DNA from: a virus
Lineage: Duplodnaviria; Caudoviricetes
Direction: 5' to 3' (one strand)
Virus record (IMG/VR): IMGVR_UViG_3300033121_002101
Location: 32,001 to 96,000 of that record
Length of the DNA stretch: 64,000 bases
Shown piece by piece: positions 1 through 9,601 of the stretch. A program made the translations under genes and the position numbers. Position 1 is the stretch's first letter. The number at the start of each line of letters is the position of its first letter. The notes under the pieces are model-generated. The model was not told the origin of the DNA and did no database searches. It saw only the letters and a list, made by a program, of their open reading frames with translations.

Positions 1-2
1 AG

Positions 3-557
3 CACGAAGCTTTGTACCAACTAGAAGTAGCAGAAAACATCACAAACACCAAATCAGAAAAAGTAGATTCCTCTTTCTTCGAGTCTAGTGAAATACCATG
101 CGAAAACAGTGTGTTTTTAGGTGTTGGATACAAAAGAGATTCTGCGAATTTTTGGAATGTAAAACACTGGGGTGATGAAAACTTTTTTAGATTCGCGCAA
201 CTAGTTTTGTCTGAAAATGAAAATACAAAAATTGTTTTGACTGGAAACAGTTTGGACATTCAAAATGCCGGAAGACTTGTTGCAATGCTTGGTAGTAGGG
301 TTACAATCGCAACTGGGATTAGAAAAAGCATAGAGCTATTATGGAAATGCGGTTCGTATGTTGGTAATGACACTGGCATGATGCATGTTGCTGCAAGCAT
401 GAATAAGAAAGTTATTGGAATTTTTAACTTGGAAGGAACTGAAACAAAGAATCCTCCATTGTGTGACGTTAATAAAGTTATATTAGGATATCATCCACAT
501 AGCAATCCTAGTGCAAAATTTGTGTATGATACATGGAAGGAGCTTATTACAAAATGA
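3..557 (+). CDS. Glycosyltransferase family 9 (heptosyltransferase-like), 5'-truncated by window edge
   Basis: C-terminal GT9 signature YVGNDTGMMHVAASMNKKVIGIF and K-x-W motif (VKHWG); frame stays open to the window start (HEALYQ...). Confidence 0.85.
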   Translation, partial: HEALYQLEVAENITNTKSEKVDSSFFESSEIPCENSVFLGVGYKRDSANFWNVKHWGDENFFRFAQLVLSENENTKIVLTGNSLDIQNAGRLVAMLGSRVTIATGIRKSIELLWKCGSYVGNDTGMMHVAASMNKKVIGIFNLEGTETKNPPLCDVNKVILGYHPHSNPSAKFVYDTWKELITK

Positions 558-1519
558 ATATTCTTTTAACTGGTGCGTTTGGCTTTATAGGCAGAGAAAT
601 AGCAAAAGAGCTGACAAACGCAAAAATAAGGTTTGACGTTTGTGATACAGGGCAAAGCATTTCTAAAAATTATAGATATATGCCGCTTGGGTATACATTG
701 ATTTATGATACTGTTGTTGGTAGCATACCAAACAATATCTTAAGAGAATATGATTGTATAATTCATTGCGGTGCAATTTCAAATTCAAGAGAAAATAATT
801 TTGATCTTTTATGGGATGCGAATTATAATGAAGTTGGAAGATTGCTTTCTTCTATGAAGCACAATGCAAAACTTATTTTCTTTTCATCTGCTTCAGTATA
901 TGGAGACACAAAGTTACCAAATCAAGATTATCCAGTAACATGTGCAGAATCAAAAATTTTTGATCCTCAAACAAAGTATGCATTCTCTAAACTGTCTGCT
1001 GAAAAATTGATACTATTAAACAGCGATCTTGATCAGAATGCTGTAATATTGAGACCATTTAACGTTTATGGCCCTGGCGAGTTTACAAAACAAGATATAA
1101 CGCAATCTATTGTTTATAAACTTTGTGCGTATAAACAACATTTAGATGCTTCTAAAACTGCAAGAGATAAAATAAAATTGCATTCTTTAGATTCTTCAAG
1201 AGATTATGTTAGTGTCAAAGTTGTTTCTAATCTAGTTTTAGATCTGATTAACAAATGGCCAAATAATCAACTCCTTAGTTCTAGGACAATAAACGTAGGA
1301 TCATGCGAAAAAACTTCTTTATACACTCTTACACATTTTGTTGGATTAACAAGAGATGAATATTTCGAAGTTCAAAATCCGTGGGGTAAAGACTATCAAA
1401 GTTGTACAGAAGCAAGTATAATGAATGATTATTATAGAGAACTCATATTAAAGCTTTCTAAAGAATTTAACCTCGTAGATGGAATTAAAGAAATAAAAGA
1501 AAGTATAAAAAATGCTTAA
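554..1519 (+). CDS. hldD: NAD-dependent epimerase, ADP-L-glycero-D-manno-heptose 6-epimerase-like
   Basis: TGAFGFIG Rossmann motif, IIHCGAIS, SSASVYG, YAFSK (YxxxK), RPFNVYGPGE, RDYV; start moved to ATG 554 (ATGA overlap with upstream stop). Confidence 0.7.
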   Translation: MNILLTGAFGFIGREIAKELTNAKIRFDVCDTGQSISKNYRYMPLGYTLIYDTVVGSIPNNILREYDCIIHCGAISNSRENNFDLLWDANYNEVGRLLSSMKHNAKLIFFSSASVYGDTKLPNQDYPVTCAESKIFDPQTKYAFSKLSAEKLILLNSDLDQNAVILRPFNVYGPGEFTKQDITQSIVYKLCAYKQHLDASKTARDKIKLHSLDSSRDYVSVKVVSNLVLDLINKWPNNQLLSSRTINVGSCEKTSLYTLTHFVGLTRDEYFEVQNPWGKDYQSCTEASIMNDYYRELILKLSKEFNLVDGIKEIKESIKNA

Positions 1520-1916
1520 TGTTTGTAACATTTACGATTATACACATGTTGAAAAGTCATGGGGATATGAACTATGGCTTGTAAACAATAATGAATATTG
1601 TGGGAAAGAGTTGTATTTTGATAAACCTGGTGCTCGTACATCGTTACATTACCATGTTGAAAAAAGAGAAACGATGTATTGTAGAAACGGTATATTTGTA
1701 ATTGCATTTCTAACAGAAGATGGTCAATTAGATAAAGTAAAACTAGAGCCTAGACAATCAGTTGAAATACCAAGAGAGTGTGTACATTCCATAATATGCA
1801 TTAAGCCTGGTATGCTTATGGAATTTAGCACTACACATAAAGATGAAGATTCTTATAGAGTCAGCGGCGAAGGTTGGCTAAAAGCTGATTTAAAGAATTT
1901 CAACATAGAAATTTGA
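1512..1916 (+). CDS. Cupin-fold sugar isomerase-like protein
   Basis: KSWGYE..., TSLHYHVEKRETMY cupin motif 1, IPRECVH motif 2, EFST...DSYR. Confidence 0.8.
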   Translation: MLNVCNIYDYTHVEKSWGYELWLVNNNEYCGKELYFDKPGARTSLHYHVEKRETMYCRNGIFVIAFLTEDGQLDKVKLEPRQSVEIPRECVHSIICIKPGMLMEFSTTHKDEDSYRVSGEGWLKADLKNFNIEI

Positions 1917-1920
1917 TTTT

Positions 1921-2805
1921 ATGATAATAAACATAGTAGGACCTCACATAGTAAACAGCCCTTTTGCAACTGAACTTGCTTTCATAAAAGGACTTGTTGA
2001 AATTGGTCATAAAGTTGTACCATTTGACCCAAATGTAGAAAGTCCAGATGTTTTAGACAGAAATGCTGATTATACGCTAATTTTTAAAAATGCACTGTCA
2101 CACAATGATGTTGTATGTTCTTTAGGACCAAAAGTTGTAGTTTATCAGCCTGACGATTTAAGATTTTCGCATGTTAAAAACATGGTAAGTGAGATGCGAA
2201 AATATTCATCGAGATTAATAACTTTTAGAAAATACAAAGACAATTTTGGCTTTATTGACGGTCTTGAACTAACTCAGTTTGAAGAACTTGCAGTTACTGC
2301 AAATCCAGATGTTTACTACAAAAAAGATCTTGAGAAAGATATAGATTTTTGTTTTGTTGGATCACTTGGCGATCCAGCATCACATTGGCAGAGAATTAGA
2401 ATGATAGATCTTCTCAGCAAAAACGGCTATAATACATTTGCTTGTGAGACAAGAGATATAGAATTTATTAGAAATATATTGTCTAGATCTAAAGTTGTGT
2501 TAAACCACGCATCTGATTTGTCACTGCCGTTCGGTCAAGGATACGGATACCAGTGCAGACATTTTGAAGCAGCAATGGCTGAATGTTGTTTGCTTTCAAA
2601 TTCAATTTTAGATGATGAATATACAATAGAAAACTTTGTTCGCTTTGGTTCATTTAAAGATTTTTTTGAAAAAGCAATAATGTTAATTGATTCTGGTGAA
2701 GGATACAGAGCAAATATTGCTAAAAGTTTTAAAGAAGAAGTAATGGCAAACCATTCGCCTAAAATTAGAGCACAACAACTTGTTAATATATTGGAGAAAA
2801 TATGA
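1921..2805 (+). CDS. Glycosyltransferase (CgeB/Glyco_trans_1_2-like)
   Basis: DFCFVGS, SKVVLN, RHFEAAMAECCLLS; GT-B C-terminal pattern. Confidence 0.75.
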   Translation: MIINIVGPHIVNSPFATELAFIKGLVEIGHKVVPFDPNVESPDVLDRNADYTLIFKNALSHNDVVCSLGPKVVVYQPDDLRFSHVKNMVSEMRKYSSRLITFRKYKDNFGFIDGLELTQFEELAVTANPDVYYKKDLEKDIDFCFVGSLGDPASHWQRIRMIDLLSKNGYNTFACETRDIEFIRNILSRSKVVLNHASDLSLPFGQGYGYQCRHFEAAMAECCLLSNSILDDEYTIENFVRFGSFKDFFEKAIMLIDSGEGYRANIAKSFKEEVMANHSPKIRAQQLVNILEKI

Positions 2806-3356
2806 AGCTTAATTTAGGGTGTGGAGAAGACATTAAACAAGGTTACTTGAATGTTGATTTTAGAAAAACGCATCCTCTTGTATTTGAATGCGATCTTTCT
2901 AAATTTCCATGGCCGTGGAAGACTAATTCTGTTGAAACAGTCATGATGTTAGACTTTCTTGAACACTTTAAAATGTCAATGACTGATGTATTGATGTCAG
3001 AAGTTACTAGAATATTGGCGCCAAATGGCGAAGTTATAATACAAGTTCCTGATATGGATATTTTATCCAGTGCTGTATTATGTTTGCCCGCTGTTCCGTG
3101 TAATGTTTGCGGATCGCATTTTGGTTCTGAAGATGATTGCGCAGGTGGATGTTTGCAGACAAGAAGCGGCTTAGCAAAAGCAGCATTCGGAAGAATGTAT
3201 GGTGGCCAAGACTATAATGGCAATTATCACATGACGGGCTTTAATCATTTAACGATTGTAGAGCTGCTAAAAAAGCATGGCTTCAGAGGCTTTTCTTTTG
3301 TAGAAAAAGAACATCAATTTAAAAACTGGAATTTGAAAGTAAAAGCATCACTATGA
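2802..3356 (+). CDS. SAM-dependent methyltransferase
   Basis: KLNLGCG motif I, NVD, FLEH, RILAPNG...VPD. Confidence 0.85.
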   Translation: MKLNLGCGEDIKQGYLNVDFRKTHPLVFECDLSKFPWPWKTNSVETVMMLDFLEHFKMSMTDVLMSEVTRILAPNGEVIIQVPDMDILSSAVLCLPAVPCNVCGSHFGSEDDCAGGCLQTRSGLAKAAFGRMYGGQDYNGNYHMTGFNHLTIVELLKKHGFRGFSFVEKEHQFKNWNLKVKASL

Positions 3357-4411
3357 GTTGCAGTTTAGCGTTCGTTGGAATTAAAAAGAAATTTTCTTCA
3401 ATAGAAAATGAGCTGCAAATATCTGTTTCAGATTTTGTCAGATACCATTTAGAGCTTCCGTGGTATTATTCTTTTTATGGGAAAAATAAAGTTTTCATAA
3501 CAACAGTCGACCAAAAAGATCAATGTTTACTTCCAAATTCGTCTGTTGACGTTACACTTGTTAATGAAACAGATCTTTCAAAATGTGCAGTTGATGTTGT
3601 TATACATTGGAGATCGTGGCAACAGTGGGCATTTGATAGTTTACCAAATTCTTTACATCTACTTCAAACGCAAGATCATTCATTTTCAAATGAATGGATT
3701 AACAATGTAACAAAAGCTATTAGAGAAAAAGCACTTTCTCATATAATAGCTTTTGAAACATGGCATGCAAATAATACACATCTTGAAATACAATCAATTG
3801 AAAAGAATTTTGATCGCAGTTCTATTTTGACAAAGCTCCATCTTGGAGTAGATACTACAATTTACAAACCAAAAGAAAAAGACCCATATAAGCTTTTATG
3901 GGCATCAGATCCAGGAAGAGGTCTACAAAAATGTATAGAAGTATTTTCTATACTTTACAGATTAGATAAAAGGTATAAACTGCATGTTTTATGCCCTGAT
4001 TATGCTAGAAATCCATTTAGCGGAATAAATCATCCCGGAATTGTTACTCACAACAATATAAGAAATTCTCCAGAACTTTGGGATATGTTCAATACATCAA
4101 CATATATCCCATATACATCAACATTCATGGAGCCTTCATCTAGAGTGCACAGGCAAGGACAAGCAGCTGGATGTTGTGTTATATACCCTGAAAATATGGG
4201 GACGCCGTCTGAGCTTATAGTTCACGGTGTCAATGGTGTAATAATGAATGAATGTTCAAAACCATTTGATTGGGCAAATATGATATTATTATTAAATGGT
4301 GATAATTCAAAATCAATCGGAAAATCATCAAGAATGTTTGCATTGACAGAAGACTGGTCTGTGCAAGCTGTTAGATTTAACAATGTTTGTAGTGAGCTTT
4401 TAAACAAATGA
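3353..4411 (+). CDS. Glycosyltransferase (GT4-like)
   Basis: GVDTTIY, WASDPGRGL, YTSTFMEP...QAAGC, ELIVHGVNG. Confidence 0.75.
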   Translation: MSCSLAFVGIKKKFSSIENELQISVSDFVRYHLELPWYYSFYGKNKVFITTVDQKDQCLLPNSSVDVTLVNETDLSKCAVDVVIHWRSWQQWAFDSLPNSLHLLQTQDHSFSNEWINNVTKAIREKALSHIIAFETWHANNTHLEIQSIEKNFDRSSILTKLHLGVDTTIYKPKEKDPYKLLWASDPGRGLQKCIEVFSILYRLDKRYKLHVLCPDYARNPFSGINHPGIVTHNNIRNSPELWDMFNTSTYIPYTSTFMEPSSRVHRQGQAAGCCVIYPENMGTPSELIVHGVNGVIMNECSKPFDWANMILLLNGDNSKSIGKSSRMFALTEDWSVQAVRFNNVCSELLNK

Positions 4412-5328
4412 CAAAATCAATAAATTCCCCAGATTTTAAAAAAAGTTTTATAGACGATAACCACGTAGTTGGATTAATTGGTTATGGTTATATTGGAAAA
4501 GCCGTTCATGCATTATTTGATGGCTTTTTTGATGTGAAAATATATGATGTTGCCAACAAGAATTTAGGTACGCTAGAAGATGTCGTTAAGAATTCTAGCG
4601 TTATTTTTGTTGCAGTACCAACACCAATGAATAAAGATGGATCATGTCATACAGATATTGTTGAGTCTGTACTGAAATCAATACAAGATACTGCAATTTC
4701 TATATCAAGAGATGTAGAAGAGTTCATTGTAGTAATAAAAAGCACTGTTCCACCTGGATTCACTGAAAGAATGTCTGAAAAGCATGCTTTAAGAATAGTT
4801 TTTTCACCTGAATTTTTAACTGAAAAGGACAGTATCGGTGATTTTAAATTTGCATCAAGATTAGTTTTGGGTGGTGCTGAAGAAGATTCTGAAATTGTTC
4901 GTAGTTTTTTTGTTGTTGCATGGTCTGATAGAATACAGGATGAACGCGACAGCGGTTTAGTATTTGTATTTTGTGACAGTACAACAGCAGAACTCGTCAA
5001 ATACTTTACGAATGTCTACTTGACTACGATTGTTATGTTTGCAAATGAGTTCTATAATGTTTGCAAAAACCTTGGTGTCGACTATGACACTGTAAAAGAA
5101 ATTGCTTTGCTTGATAGAAGAATTTCTCATTCGCATCTTAATGTTCCCGGTCACGACGGTAGTTTTGGATTCGGCGGCTCTTGTTTTCCAAAAGACATCA
5201 ACAGTTTAAAGCATATTTGCAATCAACTTGGAATAAATGAAAGATTGTTTTCAGCTATTATTGAAAGAAATAATGAGCTTAGACCGTCACGTGACTGGGA
5301 AGAGTTAAAGGGCAGAGCTGTTGTATGA
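4408..5328 (+). CDS. ugd: UDP-glucose/GDP-mannose dehydrogenase family (short form)
   Basis: GYGYIG, AVPTP, IKSTVPPG, SPEFL, AELVKY, GFGGSCFPKD (catalytic Cys). Confidence 0.9.
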   Translation: MTKSINSPDFKKSFIDDNHVVGLIGYGYIGKAVHALFDGFFDVKIYDVANKNLGTLEDVVKNSSVIFVAVPTPMNKDGSCHTDIVESVLKSIQDTAISISRDVEEFIVVIKSTVPPGFTERMSEKHALRIVFSPEFLTEKDSIGDFKFASRLVLGGAEEDSEIVRSFFVVAWSDRIQDERDSGLVFVFCDSTTAELVKYFTNVYLTTIVMFANEFYNVCKNLGVDYDTVKEIALLDRRISHSHLNVPGHDGSFGFGGSCFPKDINSLKHICNQLGINERLFSAIIERNNELRPSRDWEELKGRAVV

Positions 5329-5876
5329 GAATATTGGTTGATGTTGATGGTGTTGTTGCCGATTTAATCGGCGAATTTTGTAAACGTTGGATGTATGGAA
5401 TAATAACACCAGAGATGATAACACATCACAAAATAGTAAAAAGTCCTGAAATAATTGAATTCCAAATAAAAACAAGCATTAATGTAGGAAAAAATTTTGA
5501 TGAGTTTATGAAAAGCTCACCGTACACTTTTGTTGAACGTATTAAAGGTGCACGTGAAGGAGTAAAAGAACTCATTAAGTTGGGGCATGAAATTGTATTT
5601 TTAACTTCATTATCAGATTATCCAGAGAGTTTTCAATCAAAATATGAATGGATTTCTAGTAATTTTGATAATTTGCCAGTCATAACGTGCCCATCATCAA
5701 TGAAACATTGGGTGCAAGCAGATGCTATAATTGATGATAGAGAAGATATTTGTAAAGCATTTGAAGATTCAGGAATGAATTCATTTTTGTTTGCGCAGCC
5801 ATGGAATTCATCTGAAAAAGTTCGTTACGATTGGGAATCAATCGTAGATTTTTTATCAAAGTATGACAATTTTTGA
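5325..5876 (+). CDS. HAD phosphatase, 5'(3')-nucleotidase (NT5C)-like
   Basis: DVDGVVAD motif I, FLTS motif II, K, IIDD motif IV, FAQPWN. Confidence 0.8.
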   Translation: MRILVDVDGVVADLIGEFCKRWMYGIITPEMITHHKIVKSPEIIEFQIKTSINVGKNFDEFMKSSPYTFVERIKGAREGVKELIKLGHEIVFLTSLSDYPESFQSKYEWISSNFDNLPVITCPSSMKHWVQADAIIDDREDICKAFEDSGMNSFLFAQPWNSSEKVRYDWESIVDFLSKYDNF

Positions 5877-6321
5877 ATATCCAAAAGATTTAGAAAAAAT
5901 TAAAAAGTTTATAGAACACTCAAATATCGTTTTTACAAACGGTTGTTTTGATGTTTTACATGCAGGTCACATGAAAGTTTTAGATGAATCTGTTAGAATA
6001 TCTGATTCATTTTATGGAATTGTTATTGTTGGAGTAGATAGCGATGAGTCTGTTAAAAAATTAAAAGGAAACGATAGACCAATATTTGATGAATATTATA
6101 GATCATATCTTATTTCTAGATTAAGAGGAATTTGTTGTGTTATAATATTTGATACTGGCAGTTTGTTAAGTCTAGTTGAAACTATTTCTCCAAAAGTTAT
6201 AGTCAAAGGCTCTGAATATAAAGAAAAAGATTTTGAATCTTCATACGGAAATAGAAAAGTTACATTTGTTGAAATGTTTAATGACTTGCATACCACTAAA
6301 ATAATTGAGTTTTTAAAATGA
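5863..6321 (+). CDS. hldC: Heptose-1-phosphate adenylyltransferase-like (RfaE domain II)
   Basis: VFTNGCFDVLHAGH, GVDSDESVKKLKGNDRP, VKGSEY. Confidence 0.85.
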   Translation: MTIFEYPKDLEKIKKFIEHSNIVFTNGCFDVLHAGHMKVLDESVRISDSFYGIVIVGVDSDESVKKLKGNDRPIFDEYYRSYLISRLRGICCVIIFDTGSLLSLVETISPKVIVKGSEYKEKDFESSYGNRKVTFVEMFNDLHTTKIIEFLK

Positions 6322-7211
6322 AAATAGCATTGTACGGTGATTTTATAACAGATATTTATAGCTGGGCGTCATTAACAAGATTTTGCCCAGAGCAAGCAGA
6401 TGCACCAATTTATGATTTGCTGACAGATGATAGAGAATTTTTAGGCTGTGCTGGAAATGTTGCAGCAAATATCGCAGCAGCTGTTAGATTTTTTGATAAT
6501 AGTAGCGAAAATGAATTGACAATTTTTGGCTCGATAGGGAGATCTACTCTTGGGAAATTGTTTAGATCACCTATTATGAAAAATGTAAAATTAAATACAG
6601 AAAATGTAAAGTGTTACGATAATTCAATAGTAAAACAAAGAATTGTTTTAGATGAAAAAATTGCTTGCAGAATAGATTCATCAAGATATTTTTGCGGTAG
6701 TCATGATGACAGAGAAGTCACTGTTGGAAGATACGATTTACTCATTATTTCTGACTACTGTTTTGGCGGAGTTGAAGAAAAACTTTGCCGCGATCTTATA
6801 AATAATTCAGAGATTTCAGTTGTCGACACAAAAAGAAAAGACTTATCATTTTATAATGGTGCAACGGCATTTAAATTCAACAGAAGTGAATATGAAAAAT
6901 TTATTTCTGGTGAAATAATACCAAGTGACTGGATAGTTGTTTCAAAGGGCTCTCATGGTTGCTCTGTAATAGAGTCAAGCAAAAGAGTTGTAAGAACAAA
7001 TATGCCCGCCTGGCCAGCAAATGAAATAGATGTAACTGGGTGTGGTGATACATTTACATCAGTACTTGGTCTTGCATTGGCACATGGTAAAGGAATTGAA
7101 ATGGCTGCATACGCAGCAAATTACATTGCTTCAAAAGTTGTCTCAAGGTTTGGTCCAGCTGTACCAACAGGCGAAGAATTACTTACTGCTTTAGAAAAAG
7201 GAATAATATGA
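6318..7211 (+). CDS. hldA: PfkB kinase, heptose-7-phosphate kinase-like (RfaE domain I)
   Basis: GDFITDIY, GCAGNVAANI, ISDY, VDTK, DVTGCGDTF. Confidence 0.8.
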   Translation: MKIALYGDFITDIYSWASLTRFCPEQADAPIYDLLTDDREFLGCAGNVAANIAAAVRFFDNSSENELTIFGSIGRSTLGKLFRSPIMKNVKLNTENVKCYDNSIVKQRIVLDEKIACRIDSSRYFCGSHDDREVTVGRYDLLIISDYCFGGVEEKLCRDLINNSEISVVDTKRKDLSFYNGATAFKFNRSEYEKFISGEIIPSDWIVVSKGSHGCSVIESSKRVVRTNMPAWPANEIDVTGCGDTFTSVLGLALAHGKGIEMAAYAANYIASKVVSRFGPAVPTGEELLTALEKGII

Positions 7212-7390
7212 AATTAGCACCAGAAGTCATAGCTGAATTGATCGATGCCTTCATAGAAGGTATAACTGAACAAAAAGATATTTCAGATAGAATTAGATCA
7301 ATTGATTTAGTTGAAAATAATGATTCAAATTTAATTGATTTTTCAGATGAGTGGAAATCAAAAAAATCTCAAAGCCCAGTAAGTGAATAA
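7208..7390 (+). CDS. Hypothetical protein
   Basis: ATGA-coupled ORF with typical codon usage. Confidence 0.7.
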   Translation: MKLAPEVIAELIDAFIEGITEQKDISDRIRSIDLVENNDSNLIDFSDEWKSKKSQSPVSE

Positions 7391-7392
7391 AC

Positions 7393-7575
7393 ATGCCTGT
7401 TTATACGTACGAATGCAAAAATGAAAATTGCAAAAAAACACAAGAATTGACAAGATCTATTTCTGAAAGAAATGATGAAGTCAATTGCGTCTGTGGTAAA
7501 GAAATGAATCTTATCATTTCAACATGCTCGTTTTCACTTGTTGGTAGCTGTTGGGCAAAAGATGGATACAAATGA
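7393..7575 (+). CDS. FmdB-family zinc-ribbon protein
   Basis: MPVYTYECKNENC...CVCG...FSLVGSCW. Confidence 0.85.
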   Translation: MPVYTYECKNENCKKTQELTRSISERNDEVNCVCGKEMNLIISTCSFSLVGSCWAKDGYK

Positions 7576-7832
7576 TATACTTTTTGATATTGAGCATATT
7601 ATTAAATGCAGTTCTTGCATTTTCTATTTTTAAGCTTTTTAAACGCTTAATAGAAGCAGAAAATTCAATGAATGATGTTAGTTCTAACATAGATTCTCTA
7701 GCAGAGTTTTGTGAATCACTAAAAAAGAAGTCATTAGCATATCATTCGCCTGAAGTTGTTGCTTTCCACAAACTTGTAGTTCAGGTATCAAATTCATTTT
7801 CAAAAGAAAAGGAAGCAAAAACAAATGGCTGA
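7572..7832 (+). CDS. Small membrane-anchored coiled-coil protein
   Basis: N-terminal hydrophobic helix MIYFLILSILLNAVLAFSIF; ATG 7572 overlaps upstream stop. Confidence 0.7.
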   Translation: MIYFLILSILLNAVLAFSIFKLFKRLIEAENSMNDVSSNIDSLAEFCESLKKKSLAYHSPEVVAFHKLVVQVSNSFSKEKEAKTNG

Positions 7833-8505
7833 TTATTTTGGTCCAGAAGCTGATGTCAGTATAAAGTTTTTTCTTAACACCGTTGATCCTGAAGAAAAAA
7901 ATAGAATATTTGATACAGAAATACGACCAGTTTTTGAAAAATTAATACACAGTCTAATTTACGTCTATAGATTTCAAGGACTTGATGAGATACAAACACT
8001 GAAAGATGAGTGTTTGGCTCATTTGTATGAGAATGTTAGAAAGTTTAAACCAGATCTTGGGACAAAAGCTTTTTCTTATTTCAATGTTGTAGCTAGAAAT
8101 TGGTTTATAAACAGATCAAAAGAAATTAAAAAAAGAGAAAGAAACGAGTCTGATCTGCCAATAGGGTTGGATCACGAGCAGTTTAAAAATGACTCTACAA
8201 GTGGAAATTCTTCAAATTTTGAAGATGATGTAATAGAAAAAGAATTTTGGGTAAAGTTCTCAAAAGCTCTTGAAGAATGGCAAGACAATCCAGAAATAAA
8301 ACCGCAAGAAAAAAAGATATTAGACACAATTATCTTTCTATTTCAAAATGCAGATTTGATTTCTGTGTATAATAGAAAAGCAATTAACATATACATTAGA
8401 GAATTAACAAATTTAAGCAACAAACAAGTCGCTGCATCCTTACAAAGATTAAAAACTATGTATTTAAGCTTTAAGGATAAGTATGACAATGAAAATCCAG
8501 ACTGA
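7825..8505 (+). CDS. Phage late-transcription sigma factor (gp55-like)
   Basis: DYF N-terminus; KFKPDLGTKAFSYFNVVARNWFI resembles sigma region 2 of gp55-type proteins. Confidence 0.7.
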   Translation: MADYFGPEADVSIKFFLNTVDPEEKNRIFDTEIRPVFEKLIHSLIYVYRFQGLDEIQTLKDECLAHLYENVRKFKPDLGTKAFSYFNVVARNWFINRSKEIKKRERNESDLPIGLDHEQFKNDSTSGNSSNFEDDVIEKEFWVKFSKALEEWQDNPEIKPQEKKILDTIIFLFQNADLISVYNRKAINIYIRELTNLSNKQVAASLQRLKTMYLSFKDKYDNENPD

Positions 8506-8812
8506 GCTTTTAACATTTGAAGATGTAGCTGCTAACATAATTTCTGAGCAAAAGGCTGATCGTGAAGGCTTTCTAGAAGTAATAAAAGGAATGAAACAGC
8601 TTGCTACTGAAAATTCTGAAACAAGCATCATGATGGTAGAACAAATTGTTAAAGCATATGATGTACTTAATAAAATGGCAATGGCAAAGCTTGGTATTGC
8701 AAATTCTATTTTAAAGAGCAATAAATCTGTTAAAGATGAAAATGAAAATGATGATGTTTTTAGTGAAATAGGTGATATAAATGAAAGGATGATAAGCGGT
8801 GGAGAACATTGA
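8483..8812 (+). CDS. Helical hypothetical protein (possible terminase small subunit)
   Basis: Helical pattern loosely like gp16-type proteins; weak. Confidence 0.35.
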   Translation: MTMKIQTELLTFEDVAANIISEQKADREGFLEVIKGMKQLATENSETSIMMVEQIVKAYDVLNKMAMAKLGIANSILKSNKSVKDENENDDVFSEIGDINERMISGGEH

Positions 8813-8987
8813 TTTATCATCTGTACAGACAAGCGAGCTTAAAAGAAGATTAGATTCTTTGTTAAAAGAGTATGATACAGTCATGGCTTCTGCTATGAAA
8901 AATCTTCTTAAACTTGAAAAGCTTAGAGAAGAAATGTCAAATCCAATATCTGAACTTTCAAGAAGAGAAGCAGATGGTGAAAAATGA
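8799..8987 (+). CDS. Small coiled-coil hypothetical protein
   Basis: Overlapping, translationally coupled ORF. Confidence 0.6.
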   Translation: MENIDLSSVQTSELKRRLDSLLKEYDTVMASAMKNLLKLEKLREEMSNPISELSRREADGEK

Positions 8988-9601
8988 CAAATAACTCAGG
9001 CGAGTCTATACGCAGGCCAGAACTTGTTCTTGGTGACCTGCTAAAAAAACATGCAAGAGGAGAGATAGTAACATCTGACTTTTTGCCTAAAATATTGTAC
9101 AGGGCTGTTGTGCTTGCCGTAGATGTAGAAGGTGGTAAGCTGTCTGGCGCAAATATTGGTAATGACACTGTAAACGGCGTAGGAGTTGATGGCCGCGAAA
9201 GAGATTATACAAGAATCTCAGGGCCAAGCAATCCAAGAGGAAGTATAAAAGCAATAGTTATAGATTCTGCAAGAGATTCATTTTATGATGAAGATAGTGC
9301 TAGAATCTTGTGGCCATTTTTTCCAAATGACCAAATGTCATTGCCAGTTTCTCCAGGAGAGCATGTATATTGTATATTTGAAGATGAATTAATGGAGCAC
9401 GGATTGTGGGTGTGTAGAGTTTCTGGTCATGATACTGCGAACGTATCAAAAGGTGCTGATTTTTTGTCTGGAGATAAAAAGCAGCTTAATGATTTGTTCT
9501 CTGGTGAAAAATCTAAAACAGAAATAAGAACATCTGATGATGTTTCTACAAGAATTAAACCATCTAGAAAAAGATTGGTAAAACTGTTTAATGGCGAGTA
9601 A
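8984..9601 (+). CDS. Baseplate hub/spike N-terminal (gp5 OB-fold-like) protein
   Basis: RAVVLAVD...WPFFP...LPVSPGEHV pattern; lies before spike and gp25 genes. Confidence 0.5.
   Translation: MTNNSGESIRRPELVLGDLLKKHARGEIVTSDFLPKILYRAVVLAVDVEGGKLSGANIGNDTVNGVGVDGRERDYTRISGPSNPRGSIKAIVIDSARDSFYDEDSARILWPFFPNDQMSLPVSPGEHVYCIFEDELMEHGLWVCRVSGHDTANVSKGADFLSGDKKQLNDLFSGEKSKTEIRTSDDVSTRIKPSRKRLVKLFNGE

Noticed and set aside
1-7211. Sugar cluster as host chromosomal LPS locus flanking a prophage
   Set aside because: It is chained by overlapping stops and starts directly into phage genes, with the same strand and similar composition, and no att site or integrase is seen
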